Assembly (NCBI GenBank): GCA_022701925.1
Contig: JAKONM010000205.1
Span: 1-54,574 of the forward strand
Direction of reading: 5' to 3'
From: Microbacteriaceae bacterium
GTDB taxonomy: Bacteria > Actinomycetota > Actinomycetes > Actinomycetales > Microbacteriaceae
Length of the DNA: 54,574 nucleotides
Shown: piece after piece, positions 9,209 through 18,633 of the stretch
Layout of the letters: every line of letters starts with the position of its first letter
How positions within the stretch are numbered: the first letter of the stretch is position 1
Position numbers and translations under genes: made by a program
The notes under the pieces: generated by a model
The model's database searches: none
What the model was told of the DNA's origin: nothing
What the model saw: the letters and a program-made list of their open reading frames with translations, nothing else

Positions 9209-10135
9209 TCAGCGGTCGAGGGCGGCCAGCACGCGCTCCATCGAACGGCCGAGGTCCCAGCGCTCCGCCAGCTCCTGCGCGGCGGCGCGGCGCTCGTCGG
9301 TGAGGCCGATCGCGGTGTCCACCTCGGGCACGGGCAGGTCGGTCACCACCCGCACGGCGGGCAGCGCGCGGCGGGCGTACTCGGCGCCGGCGCGCAGCTT
9401 GGCCGCCTGCCCCGCGGCGATGCCGCTCGACGTCGTGGTCGCCGCCTCGAGCACCCCCTCCAGGTCGCCGAAGCGGAGGAGCAGGGTCGCCGCGGTCTTC
9501 TCGCCGATGCCGGCGACGCCGGGCAGGCCGTCGGAGGGGTCGCCGCGCAGCGTCGCGAACTCGGCGTACTGCGCGGCGCGGACGCCGTAGCGGTCCTGCA
9601 GCACCTGGTCGGTGACCGCCTCCAGGTTGCGCATCCCCTTGGCCGTCGAGACCACCCGCACCGCGCGGTCGTCGTCGATCACCTGGAACAGGTCGCGGTC
9701 GCTGGTGACGACGTCGACCGGGATCGTGGCGGTGGCCGCGAGCGTGCCGATCACGTCGTCGGCCTCGTGGTCGGGCACGCCGACGCGCGCGACGCCCAGC
9801 GCCTGCAGCACCTCCACGACCATCGGCACCTGCGCCGTCAGCGCCTCCGGCACCTCCTCGCGGTCCGGCCGGTCGCCGTCGCCGGGCTCGGCGATGCGCT
9901 GGGCCTTGTAGGAGGGCACGAGCTCGACGCGCCAGGCGGGCCGCCAGGCGTCGTCCCAGCAGGCGACCAGGTGCGTCGGCTCGAACTCGGCGACGAGCCG
10001 GGCGATGATGTCGAGCAGCCCCCGCACCGCGTTCACCGGCGTGCCGTCCGGCGCCGTGATCGTCTCCGGCAGCCCGTGGAACGCGCGGAAGTACAGGGCG
10101 GCGGTGTCCAGCAGCATCAGGCGGGGTTCCGGCAT
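9209..10135 (-). CDS. Stand-alone 5'-3' exonuclease / flap endonuclease
   Basis: LYFRAFHG, EADDVIGT, SDRD, GDPSDGLPGVAGIGEKTA. Confidence 0.93.
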   Translation of the reverse strand: MPEPRLMLLDTAALYFRAFHGLPETITAPDGTPVNAVRGLLDIIARLVAEFEPTHLVACWDDAWRPAWRVELVPSYKAQRIAEPGDGDRPDREEVPEALTAQVPMVVEVLQALGVARVGVPDHEADDVIGTLAATATIPVDVVTSDRDLFQVIDDDRAVRVVSTAKGMRNLEAVTDQVLQDRYGVRAAQYAEFATLRGDPSDGLPGVAGIGEKTAATLLLRFGDLEGVLEAATTTSSGIAAGQAAKLRAGAEYARRALPAVRVVTDLPVPEVDTAIGLTDERRAAAQELAERWDLGRSMERVLAALDR

Positions 10136-10228
10136 CCGGGCAGCATCGCACTTCGCGCCGGACGGCTCGCGCGCCGACGCTGCCGGCGATCGAGACCGCG
10201 CTGCTCGCGACCGGCGCCTGGTGGCGGG

Positions 10229-11119
10229 TCAGGCCTTCGGGATCACGAGCGGCACCCCGGTCAGCCGCTCCGCCTCCTGGATCAGCAGGCGCTGCAGCTG
10301 CCGGTTGCGCGACTTCCGCGTGGAGGAGACGAGGATCGGCGCGCCCCGCAGCTCGGCGAGCCCGCCCGGGCCGACGTAGCTGCCGCTCGGCAGGTCGCGC
10401 GCGGTCGCGGCGAGGATCGTCGGCAGGGCGCCCTCGGCGGCGGGCTGCCCGAAGCCGTTGATCAGCGCGCCGGTCAGCGCGGAGACGGCCTTCGGCATCC
10501 GCACCTCCCGGGTCAGGTTCGTGCTGGACATGCCCGGGTGCGCGGCGACCGACCGCAGCGGCGAGCCGGCCTCGGCCAGCCGCGCCGCCAGCCCGTAGGC
10601 GAACAGCAGGTCGGCCAGCTTGGTCTGCCCGTAGGCGGCGTAGCGGCCGTAGCGGCGCCGGTGCCAGTTCAGGTCGTCCAGCGGCAGGGGAGCGCCGACG
10701 TGGGCGAGGCTCGCCAGCATCACGACCCGGTCCGTCAGCTTCGGCAGCAGCAGCGCTGTCAGCGCGAACGGGCCCAGGAAGTTCGTGCCGAACTGCAGCT
10801 CGAAGCCCTCCGGCGTGCGGCGCTCGTCGATCGCCATCACGCCCGCGTTGTTCACCAGCACGTCGACGGACTCGATGCCCTCCGCGAACTCCCGCACCGA
10901 CTGCAGGGAGGCGGTGTCGATGCGCCGCACCTCGGTGCTGCCGCCGACGCGGTCCGCGGCCGCCCGCCCCTTCTGCTCGTCGCGCACGGCGAGCACGACG
11001 TGGGCGCCGGCGCGCGCGATGCGCTTCGCCGTCTCGAAGCCCAGTCCGCTGTTCGCACCGGTGACGACGACGGTGCGCCCGGTCTGGTCGGGCACGGGCA
11101 GGTCCTTCGGAGCACGCAT
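10229..11119 (-). CDS. SDR oxidoreductase (retinol-dehydrogenase-like)
   Basis: TGANSGLG, NNAGVM, FELQFGTN, YGQTK, HPG. Confidence 0.93.
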   Translation of the reverse strand: MRAPKDLPVPDQTGRTVVVTGANSGLGFETAKRIARAGAHVVLAVRDEQKGRAAADRVGGSTEVRRIDTASLQSVREFAEGIESVDVLVNNAGVMAIDERRTPEGFELQFGTNFLGPFALTALLLPKLTDRVVMLASLAHVGAPLPLDDLNWHRRRYGRYAAYGQTKLADLLFAYGLAARLAEAGSPLRSVAAHPGMSSTNLTREVRMPKAVSALTGALINGFGQPAAEGALPTILAATARDLPSGSYVGPGGLAELRGAPILVSSTRKSRNRQLQRLLIQEAERLTGVPLVIPKA

Positions 11120-11175
11120 GCGTCCGGTCTAGCCGCCGCACCTCCGAGGCGGCAGCGGACGGGCGCCGGCGCGGG

Positions 11176-11883
11176 CTACTGCGCCTGCTCCTGCGCGGTG
11201 CAGGAGACCACCGAGTTCTGCCCGGACGAGGTGTTGGTCGAGACCTCCCGCCCGTTGACGGTGATCGAGCAGGTGATGTCGCCGCTGCCGCCATTCTGAG
11301 CGACCAGGGCGTACGCGGCGAAACCGGTGCGATCCTCGATGCCGACCGACTTCGTCCAGGGCAGATCGGCGCCCGACACCTGGTCGGTCGCGGCGCCACC
11401 GGTGTTCGCGGCGGTGTAGCTGATGGTCGACGCCGTGCCGTCCCCGGTCACCCGGAACACGACCGATCCACCGGCTGCGGTGGAGGGGGCGCTCTCGAGC
11501 GAGGAGGGCGTCGGGAAGCCGGAGGGCGGGCTGCTGGCGAAGCCGGACGGCAGGCTGCTCGGGATCGCGCGGACCGCGGCGGGGATCACGAAGAACAGCA
11601 CCGAGTAGACGATCGACATGACGATCGCGGTGAGCAGCGCGATCGCGCCGAGCACGATCCCGACGATCGCCCGCCCCTTGCGCAGCGCGCCCCGCAGCGC
11701 CAGCACGCCGACGACGATCGCCGCGATCGCGATGAAGCCCGCGATGTAGGAGAGGAAGGGGATCAGCGCGGCGATCAGTGCCACGATCCCCAGGATCAGG
11801 GCCACCAGACCGCCGCGGCGCGGACGCTCCGCCGCCGGGGCGGGCGTGGAGGGCTCGGGCGCGGCGGGTCCGGGGATCGTCAT
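11176..11883 (-). CDS. Membrane protein with DUF4190-like TMs and an MmpS-like C-terminal domain
   Basis: Three TMs, Ser/Pro linker, LPWTK...ITCSITVNG...VSC pattern. Confidence 0.8.
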   Translation of the reverse strand: MTIPGPAAPEPSTPAPAAERPRRGGLVALILGIVALIAALIPFLSYIAGFIAIAAIVVGVLALRGALRKGRAIVGIVLGAIALLTAIVMSIVYSVLFFVIPAAVRAIPSSLPSGFASSPPSGFPTPSSLESAPSTAAGGSVVFRVTGDGTASTISYTAANTGGAATDQVSGADLPWTKSVGIEDRTGFAAYALVAQNGGSGDITCSITVNGREVSTNTSSGQNSVVSCTAQEQAQ

Positions 11884-11946
11884 GAGCCACATCGTGGTGC
11901 ACGCCGCTGACACGCGGCGGCGCGCGAACGGCGCAGCGCCCGCGGC

Positions 11947-12159
11947 TCAGCGGAGTGCGCCGAACTCCGCGCCGCAGCCGGGATTCCGGCAGGCGAAGGC
12001 GGGGGCCGGTGACGGGACGACGCAGCCGGCCAGGACGACGTCGGGGTCGTCCAGCAGGTCAGGGACGGGCAGGCCGTACACGATCGTCCGGGCGTCTGGC
12101 GTGCCGCAGACCGGGCAGCCGGGGGTCCTCCTGCGACCGCGCACGGCCGTCTCAGGCAC
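11947..12159 (-). CDS. Small Cys-rich (zinc-ribbon-like) protein
   Basis: CPVCG...IVYGLP...LAGC...CRNPGCG; start overlaps stop of upstream DHFR-like gene. Confidence 0.7.
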   Translation of the reverse strand: MPETAVRGRRRTPGCPVCGTPDARTIVYGLPVPDLLDDPDVVLAGCVVPSPAPAFACRNPGCGAEFGALR

Positions 12160-12733
12160 CGGAGGCGTCGTAGCGCAGCCGCACCAGCTGCGACCCGGGC
12201 AGCACGCCGGCGTCGAGCAGGCGCAGCGGGGTGCGCGAGCCGGAGAAGACCTTGGTGCCGTCGCCGAGCAGGGCCGGCCCGATCAGCACGTGCAGCTCGT
12301 CCACGACCCCGGCTTCGAGCAGCGGGTTCCAGGTGATCGCGCTGCCGAAGGTCAGGATGTCGCCGCCCTCCTGCGCCTTCATCCGCCGCAGCTCGTCCAC
12401 CGCCTCGGCGCGCCGGATGATCCGGGTCCTCGACGCCCACGGCCAGGTCGGGTCCACCCGCAGCGAGTCGGAGACGATCAGGTGCTCGACCTCCGCGTTG
12501 ATGCGGCCGATCTCGCGCTCGATCGCGGGCTGCGAGTCGTCCGCGGCGACGCCGGTCCAGTGGGCGCCGCCGTCCCAGGTCGCGCTGCCCTGCAGGATCG
12601 TGCCCGTACCGCGCAGCAGCTCGACGTTCGCGCGGCTGAAGCCGTCGTCGAAGGGCATCGCCATCACGTCGCGGCCCGGTCCCTCGTGGTACCCGTCGAC
12701 GGTCGTGATCATCGAGACGATGAACCTGCGCAC
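12152..12733 (-). CDS. Dihydrofolate reductase/RibD C-terminal family protein
   Basis: TTVDGY, GGDILTFGS, VDELHVLIGPALLGDG. Confidence 0.9.
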   Translation of the reverse strand: MRRFIVSMITTVDGYHEGPGRDVMAMPFDDGFSRANVELLRGTGTILQGSATWDGGAHWTGVAADDSQPAIEREIGRINAEVEHLIVSDSLRVDPTWPWASRTRIIRRAEAVDELRRMKAQEGGDILTFGSAITWNPLLEAGVVDELHVLIGPALLGDGTKVFSGSRTPLRLLDAGVLPGSQLVRLRYDASGA

Positions 12734-12877
12734 GGGACGACCTTCCGACGACGACGGACTCCTCCCTCCAGGATGCGCCCGCCCGGGCCGATCGGCCGGC
12801 ACCGCCGGGAATGCGGGGCGACCGAGGTCGTTGACGCATCACGGGTCGCCGCGCGCGATCCGTGATGGAGGAGACAC

Positions 12878-13951
12878 ATGGACCTGTTCAGCCCGATCGA
12901 CCTGGGCGACCTGCACCTCGCGAACCGCGTGGTCATGGCACCGCTCACCCGCGTCCGCAGCGGCGCCGAGGGCGTGCCGACGCCGCTCGTCGCCGAGCAC
13001 TACGCCCAGCGCGCCTCGGTGGGCATGATCATCAGCGAGGGCGTCTACCCCGGCCCGGAGTCGCGGGGGTACTTCGGCCAGCCCGGCATCGTCACCGACG
13101 AGCAGGAGGCCGGCTGGAAGCGGGTCGCCGACGCCGTGCACGCCGAGGGCGGCACGATCGTGATGCAGCTGATGCACAGCGGACGCGTCTCGCACCCCGA
13201 CCTCAGCGGCTCCGACCGCACCCTGGCGCCCAGCGCCGTCGCGATCGACGGCGACGTGCACACGCAGCACGGCAAGAAGCAGCACGTGGTGCCGCACGCC
13301 CTGACCGCGGACGAGCTGGCCGTGGTGCGCGAGGAGTTCGTCACGGCCGCCCGTCGCGCCCGCCGCGCCGGGTTCGACGGCGTGGAGCTGCACGGCGCCA
13401 ACGGCTACCTGCTGCACCAGTTCCTGTCGCCCGCGTCGAACGTGCGCGACGACGCCTGGGGCGGCTCGCCGGAGGCGCGTGCCCGCTTCGTGATCGAGGT
13501 CGCGCAGGCCGTCGTCGCGGAGGTCGGCGCCGGCCGCGTCGGCATCCGCATCTCGCCCGCCAACCAGGCGCAGGACGCGTTCGAGACCGACGAGGCCGAG
13601 ACGCGGGCGACGTACCGCGCGCTGCTCGACGGGCTGCGCCCGCTGGGGCTGGCGTACCTGTCGGTGCTGCACGCCGAGCCGGCGGGTGCGCTGGCGCAGG
13701 ACCTGCGCGAGTGGTTCGGCGGCAAGGTGGTCGTGAACAGCGGCTTCGGGTCGCCGACCTCCCGCGACGAGGCCGTGGCGCTGATCGAGCAGGCGCACGC
13801 GGACGCCGTCGCCGTGGGCCGCGCGGTCATCGCGAACCCGGACCTGGTCGAGCGCTGGAAGCAGGGGGCGCCGGAGAACGAGCCGCGGCCGCAGCTCTTC
13901 TACTCCGAGGGCGCCGAGGCCTACACGGACTACCCCCGCCTCTCCGCCTGA
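12878..13951 (+). CDS. Old-yellow-enzyme alkene reductase (NemA-like)
   Basis: NRVVMAPLTR, GFDGVELHGANGYL, YTDYP; GGAGG RBS. Confidence 0.95.
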   Translation: MDLFSPIDLGDLHLANRVVMAPLTRVRSGAEGVPTPLVAEHYAQRASVGMIISEGVYPGPESRGYFGQPGIVTDEQEAGWKRVADAVHAEGGTIVMQLMHSGRVSHPDLSGSDRTLAPSAVAIDGDVHTQHGKKQHVVPHALTADELAVVREEFVTAARRARRAGFDGVELHGANGYLLHQFLSPASNVRDDAWGGSPEARARFVIEVAQAVVAEVGAGRVGIRISPANQAQDAFETDEAETRATYRALLDGLRPLGLAYLSVLHAEPAGALAQDLREWFGGKVVVNSGFGSPTSRDEAVALIEQAHADAVAVGRAVIANPDLVERWKQGAPENEPRPQLFYSEGAEAYTDYPRLSA

Positions 13952-13953
13952 CC

Positions 13954-14075
13954 CTCGCGGATCCGCAGATCCTGCGCGGGTCCGCACTTCCAGGCCGACA
14001 CGCTGCTTCCGGAGCCTCCGGGAGCGGCGTGTCGGCCTGTTCCTGCGGATCCGCGAGTCAACTGCGGATCCGCGG
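13954..14075. repeat. Nested-palindrome REP/REPIN-like element B
   Basis: 15-bp inverted repeat CTCGCGGATCCGCAG (13954-13968 / 14043-14057), extra core at 14062-14075, long inner hairpin CAGGCCGACACGC...GCGTGTCGGCCTG (13991-14039). Confidence 0.85.
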
Positions 14076-14089
14076 AGCAGCGCAGCAGC

Positions 14090-14278
14090 GGTGAGGTCCC
14101 CGAACCCGCCCTCGGCGTCCTGGTCAGCACGTGGTGATGCGGTGTGCCCGATGCGCGGTCACCGGTGAGCGGTGCTGGGCTGAATGTGCGCGGCTCCCGC
14201 CTGCTCGCTGCCCGTCGCGATCGGAGTGGGCCGATGACCGACGACCCGGCGGTGTGTGCTCGCCCCGGGGCGCCTACC
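14090..14278 (-). ncRNA. Candidate structured RNA downstream of the DIP1984-family gene
   Basis: Non-coding gap; ends can pair (GGUAGGcgCCCCG / CGGGGaCCUcACC); six tandem heptamers with an invariant A at 14136-14177. Confidence 0.55.
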
Positions 14279-14281
14279 GAC

Positions 14282-14752
14282 TCACCGCTGCTGCAGGTCG
14301 GCCTCCCAGTTCACGCGCTGGATCGACGCCTCCAGGTCGCGGAGGGTCTTCGCCACCTGGTCCGCCTCGCGGCGCAGCTGCGCGACGGGCAGCGCGGGCA
14401 TCCACCGCAGCTCGCTGCGCAGCTGACGAGCGCCGCCCCAGGAGGATCCGGCGGCGGAGTCGGCGGCCGCGGTGAGCAGGGCGTGCCGCCGGCGCAGCTC
14501 GTCGCGGCGGGCCAGCACCGCGGTCACCGGCTCGCCGTCCACGGTGCGGATCGCCGCGTTCGTCAGGTTGATCGCGACGACCAGCCCGGTCAGGTGCTGC
14601 AGCACGCGGTCGACCTCGGCCAGCAGCGCGGTCGCGTCCTCGGCGGGCTCCTCGCCCTCCTGGTACCGCGCGTTCTGCACGATGCGCGCCTGCAGCTGCT
14701 CCACCTGCCGCTGCAGCGCGGCCCGCTCGATCAGCGCCTCCGCCAGCCTCAT
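14282..14752 (-). CDS. DIP1984-family (septicolysin-like) coiled-coil protein
   Basis: MRLAEALIERA...QEGEEPAED...INLTN...RSEL...IQRVNWEADL matches the family signature. Confidence 0.9.
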   Translation of the reverse strand: MRLAEALIERAALQRQVEQLQARIVQNARYQEGEEPAEDATALLAEVDRVLQHLTGLVVAINLTNAAIRTVDGEPVTAVLARRDELRRRHALLTAAADSAAGSSWGGARQLRSELRWMPALPVAQLRREADQVAKTLRDLEASIQRVNWEADLQQR

Positions 14753-14886
14753 CCCCGCAGGGTATCGAGCGGCGGCGCCACGGATGAAGGAGGAGACGCC
14801 GGTGGCGGTGTCGAGACCGACCGCTGCCCGGCCGGTCGTGCCGGGATCTCCTTCATTCGTGCAGGTCGGCTGTGGGACGGTGCCGC

Positions 14887-16107
14887 ATGCCCTCCGTCCT
14901 GATCTCCGGCGCCAGCGTCGCCGGGCCGCACCTGGCCCTCTGGCTGAACCGCTACGGCTTCGACACCGTGCTGGTCGAGCGCGCGCCGGAGTTCCGCGAC
15001 GGCGGGCAGAACATCGACGTGCGCGGCACCGCCCGCGAGGCGCTCCGGCGCGGGGGCCTGGAGAAGGCGGTGCTGGACGCCACGACGGGGGAGCGGGGCA
15101 CGCGCTTCCTGGCCGAGGACGGCTCGACACTGGCCGAGTTCCCGGTCACCGGCTCCGAGACCTCCGGCGCCACGGCGGAGGCGGAGGTGCTGCGCGGCGA
15201 CCTGGCGCGCCTGCTGCTGGACGCCGTGGAGGGCCGCACCGAGACGGTCTTCGGCGACCGGATCACCGCGCTGCGCGACGACGGGGACGGCGTCGGCGTG
15301 GAGTTCGAGCACGGACCGGGCCGCCGCTTCGACGCGGTCGTCGCGGCGGACGGCATCCGCTCCACCACCCGCTCCCTGGCGTTCGGCGACGAGGCGCGCA
15401 TCCGGCCGCTCGGCCTGGAGATGACCTACTTGACGATCCCGCGCACCGCGTCCGACGACGACTGGTGGCGCTGGTGCACCCTGCGGGGCGGCAGCGCGAA
15501 CCTGCGGCCCGACCGGCACGGCACCACGCGGGCGCTGATCTCCGAGACCGTCGACCGCGGCGACGAGCACCCCGCGAGCGAGCGGCGGGGCGCGGACCTG
15601 CGGAGCCCGGAGGAGCAGCGCGCGCACCTGCGCGAGCGGTTCGGCGACGCGGGCTGGGAGACGTCGCGCATCCTGGCCGCGCTGGACGACGCCCCGGACC
15701 TGTACTTCGAGTCGATCGGGCAGGTGCGGGCCCCGCGCTGGTCCGCGGGCCGCGTCGCGCTGACCGGCGACGCCGCCTGGTGCGCCAGCCCCGTCAGCGG
15801 CGTCGGCACCTCCCTCGCGCTGGTCGGCTCCTACGTGCTCGCCGGCGAGCTGGCCGCCCACGACGACCCGCGGGAGGCCTTCGCCGCCTACGAGCAGCGC
15901 ATGCGGCCCTCGGTCGAGAAGGGGCAGGACCTGCCGCCGGGCACGCCGCAGCTGGCGAACCCGACCAGCCGGCTGGGGCTCGCCGCCCTGCACGCGGGGC
16001 TGCGCGCGGCGGGGACGGGACCGGGGCGGGCGCTGGCCGGGCGTCTGCTCACCCCGCCGGCCGACCAGTTCGAGCTGCCCGACTACTCCCGCTTCGACCG
16101 GGGCTGA
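14887..16107 (+). CDS. FAD-dependent monooxygenase
   Basis: ISGASVAG, GGQNIDVRG, ADGIRS, GDAAWCASP. Confidence 0.93.
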   Translation: MPSVLISGASVAGPHLALWLNRYGFDTVLVERAPEFRDGGQNIDVRGTAREALRRGGLEKAVLDATTGERGTRFLAEDGSTLAEFPVTGSETSGATAEAEVLRGDLARLLLDAVEGRTETVFGDRITALRDDGDGVGVEFEHGPGRRFDAVVAADGIRSTTRSLAFGDEARIRPLGLEMTYLTIPRTASDDDWWRWCTLRGGSANLRPDRHGTTRALISETVDRGDEHPASERRGADLRSPEEQRAHLRERFGDAGWETSRILAALDDAPDLYFESIGQVRAPRWSAGRVALTGDAAWCASPVSGVGTSLALVGSYVLAGELAAHDDPREAFAAYEQRMRPSVEKGQDLPPGTPQLANPTSRLGLAALHAGLRAAGTGPGRALAGRLLTPPADQFELPDYSRFDRG

Positions 16108-16131
16108 ACCGCCGCGGCGGGCCGGGGCGCG

Positions 16132-16935
16132 TCAGGCGCCGCGGTCGAAGCGGACGATCGGGAACAGCTCGGGCACGTGGCTGTCCCAGACGCCGTGCGG
16201 GCTCCACGACCAGCCGCCGGAGTCGTCGCGCCGTCGCGTGTTGAAGCGGCAGAGCGCGACGCGCCACTCGTCGCCGTCGGCGGGAGGGAGGGCGCGTCCC
16301 GCCGCCAGCGGCGCGAGCCCCGCCCACGGCACCGCGATCTCGACGGACCAGCCGCGGTCCACGTCGCCCGGGTCGTTGAGAGAGCCGTCGACGTGCACCG
16401 CGGTGCGCAGTCCCGGCAGGTCGAAGCCCCAGTAGCCGGTCCGCGACCCGCGCGGGTGGGGCCTGAAGTCCACGCCGTCGAACGGCGCCGCCCGCAGGTG
16501 CTCGCGCTGCAGCGCCGGATCGCCCGCGAACGCCTCGGCCGTGTCGGCGCGGTCCCAGCCGAACAGCACCTCGTACACGGTGTTGAAGGCGTTGACCTCG
16601 AGCTCCCAGTAGGCGTCCGGCCCGGCGACGAACAGCTCGACGTCGTCGTCCAGCCAGATGCGGCTGTCGCGCTCGGTGAGCGTCGCCGTGACGTCCGGCT
16701 CCTCGAGCCGGAACCCGACGTACAGGTGCTCGTCGTCCCAGAGGATCGCGGCGCGGGTGTCCAGGTGCACCGCGCGGCCGTCGACCAGGTCGACGAAGCG
16801 CGGCGTCCAGGCGGCGGTGCGCCAGCACTCGGCCGCGAGCCTGCCGTCCAGGCGGGGAGGCGTGCGGGCGCGCTGCGCCGTCCAGCGCGGCACGTCCTCC
16901 GGCCGGCGCGGGAACGGCGACGCGGTCTCAGGCAC
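16132..16935 (-). CDS. Carbohydrate-binding family 9-like protein
   Basis: LDGRL...W, WDDEHLYVGF, DDDVELF, YWELEVN, WSVEIAVPW. Confidence 0.8.
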   Translation of the reverse strand: MPETASPFPRRPEDVPRWTAQRARTPPRLDGRLAAECWRTAAWTPRFVDLVDGRAVHLDTRAAILWDDEHLYVGFRLEEPDVTATLTERDSRIWLDDDVELFVAGPDAYWELEVNAFNTVYEVLFGWDRADTAEAFAGDPALQREHLRAAPFDGVDFRPHPRGSRTGYWGFDLPGLRTAVHVDGSLNDPGDVDRGWSVEIAVPWAGLAPLAAGRALPPADGDEWRVALCRFNTRRRDDSGGWSWSPHGVWDSHVPELFPIVRFDRGA

Positions 16936-17536
16936 CGGTGCGCCGGCCCATCCAGATCGTCTCCGGCTGCACGTCCAGACGCTCGAACCCCAGGTGCTCG
17001 TAGACGCCGATGGCGGTCGCGTTCCGGGGAGAGACCCCCAGGTGCACGCCCGGCACGCCGGCCGCGGCCAGCCGGTCGACCAGGTCGTCGATCAGCCGGC
17101 GGGCCAGCCCCCGCCCGCGGGCGCGCGGCAGGAGGTCGACGTGCAGGTGGGCCGGGAAACGGTCGAGCAGGTGCTCGGGGGAGACGGGCGGGCTCGCCAG
17201 CAGGCGGGCGACGGCGCGGTCCGCCGGGGAGAGGCCCGGCTCGTCCGCGGGATGGTCCGCGCTGAGCAGCGGCCACCAGGCGGCGTGCGCCCACCGGTCG
17301 AAGTCCCGCGTGGAGGGCACCGCCAGCAGGTAGCCCGCCACGCCCCGCCCGTCCACCGCCACGCGGCACCACTCCGGTGCGAAGGCCAGGTAGGGGTCGG
17401 CCCAGACGAGCCCGAGCAGGTCCGGCGTCGGCCGCAGCCCGGTCACCTCCTGCTCGGAGTACCCCGTCTCGAAGCAGATGCGGTTCACGGCGGACACGTC
17501 GCTCGTCCGCGCCGCCCGCACCACGAGGGCGCTCAT
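16928..17536 (-). CDS. GNAT acetyltransferase
   Basis: FPAHLHVDLLPRARGRGLA, GVHLGV, NATAIGVYEHLGF. Confidence 0.9.
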   Translation of the reverse strand: MSALVVRAARTSDVSAVNRICFETGYSEQEVTGLRPTPDLLGLVWADPYLAFAPEWCRVAVDGRGVAGYLLAVPSTRDFDRWAHAAWWPLLSADHPADEPGLSPADRAVARLLASPPVSPEHLLDRFPAHLHVDLLPRARGRGLARRLIDDLVDRLAAAGVPGVHLGVSPRNATAIGVYEHLGFERLDVQPETIWMGRRTGA

Positions 17537-18540
17537 CGCGGCTGCTCCGCGCCGCGCACCTCGGCCGCGAGCACCGCGAAGAGCCGCTCGCCGACCTCGA
17601 CGCCCTGCGACCGCAGGGCGAGCACCGCGGCGCCGACCAGGCCGTCCGCCACCGGGACCGGCACGGCGTCGCCGGCGGCCTCGAGCAGGGGAGCGGTGAA
17701 CGCGGGGCCGAGCGGCAGCACGCCCTCCACCAGCACGCTGCCGCCGACGACCAGCGGTCCCTCGCCCTCGATGCGGCGCAGCCGGCCGAGCAGCGCCGCC
17801 AGCGCCGCGACCGCCCCGTGCAGGACCTCGTCGGCCAGCGGGTCGCGGCCCGCCAGCCCGAAGGCCAGCGGCGCGAAGCGGGAGAGCTGCACGGGTCGCA
17901 GCGCGTAGAGGCGGCGCAGCAGCGCGCCGAGCACCGCCGGCCGCCCGTCGAGCACGCCCGCGCCGTCAGCGGGCGCGACGGGTCCGAGCCCCAGCGCGTC
18001 GAGCAGCGCGGGGGTCAGCGCGGTGGAAGGGCCGCCGTCCAGGTCGTCCACCACGGCGCGCGCGACCAGGTGCCCGATCCAGAAGCCGCTGCCCGCGTCG
18101 CCCAGCAGCCAGCCGGTGCCGTCGACCGTGCGGGCGATCCCGCCGTCCCGGATCACGCCGCCGATCGCGCCGGTGCCGGCGATCAGCGCGGTCCCTCGGC
18201 GCTCGTGGGTGCCGGACGCGAACAGCGCCGCCACGTCGCCCGCCCGCTGCACGGGCGCGCGGACGCCGAGCGCCGCGAGCCCCCGCTCGATGCCGGGCTG
18301 GTAGTCGTCGTGCCCGCCCGCGTGGGCGACCAGCACGGTCTCGACGGCGCCCGGATCGGTGCCGGCGGGGCGCAGCGCCTGCTCGATCGCGGAGATCACC
18401 GCCGCGACCGCCTCGGCCGGTCCGGCCGAGGTCGGGTTGCCGCCGGCGGCCCGACCGGAGCCCAGCCGACGGCCGTGCTGGTCGACCAGGACGGCGCGCG
18501 TGGAGGTGCCTCCAGCGTCGATCGCGATCACGGCTCGCAT
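17533..18540 (-). CDS. BadF/BadG/BcrA/BcrD-family sugar kinase (putative GlcNAc kinase)
   Basis: IDAGGTST, IAGTGA, GWLLGDAGSGFWIG; GlcNAc locus context. Confidence 0.88.
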   Translation of the reverse strand: MRAVIAIDAGGTSTRAVLVDQHGRRLGSGRAAGGNPTSAGPAEAVAAVISAIEQALRPAGTDPGAVETVLVAHAGGHDDYQPGIERGLAALGVRAPVQRAGDVAALFASGTHERRGTALIAGTGAIGGVIRDGGIARTVDGTGWLLGDAGSGFWIGHLVARAVVDDLDGGPSTALTPALLDALGLGPVAPADGAGVLDGRPAVLGALLRRLYALRPVQLSRFAPLAFGLAGRDPLADEVLHGAVAALAALLGRLRRIEGEGPLVVGGSVLVEGVLPLGPAFTAPLLEAAGDAVPVPVADGLVGAAVLALRSQGVEVGERLFAVLAAEVRGAEQPR

Positions 18541-18633
18541 CGTTACGGACCCGAAACACGCGCGTCACGGGCGCGCTCTATGGTGAAATCTCGTACCGGG
18601 CAATGGTGCCCCGCGATGAAAAGGGATCTCACA

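Noticed and set aside
14131-14475. Cys-containing plus-strand ORF across the candidate RNA
   Set aside because: Atypical codon usage, overlaps the DIP1984 gene antisense, and the 7-nt periodicity argues against coding.
18580-18633. RpiR operator (TGAAA...TCTCA-like)
   Set aside because: AT-richer and plausibly regulatory, but the palindrome is too imperfect to call.
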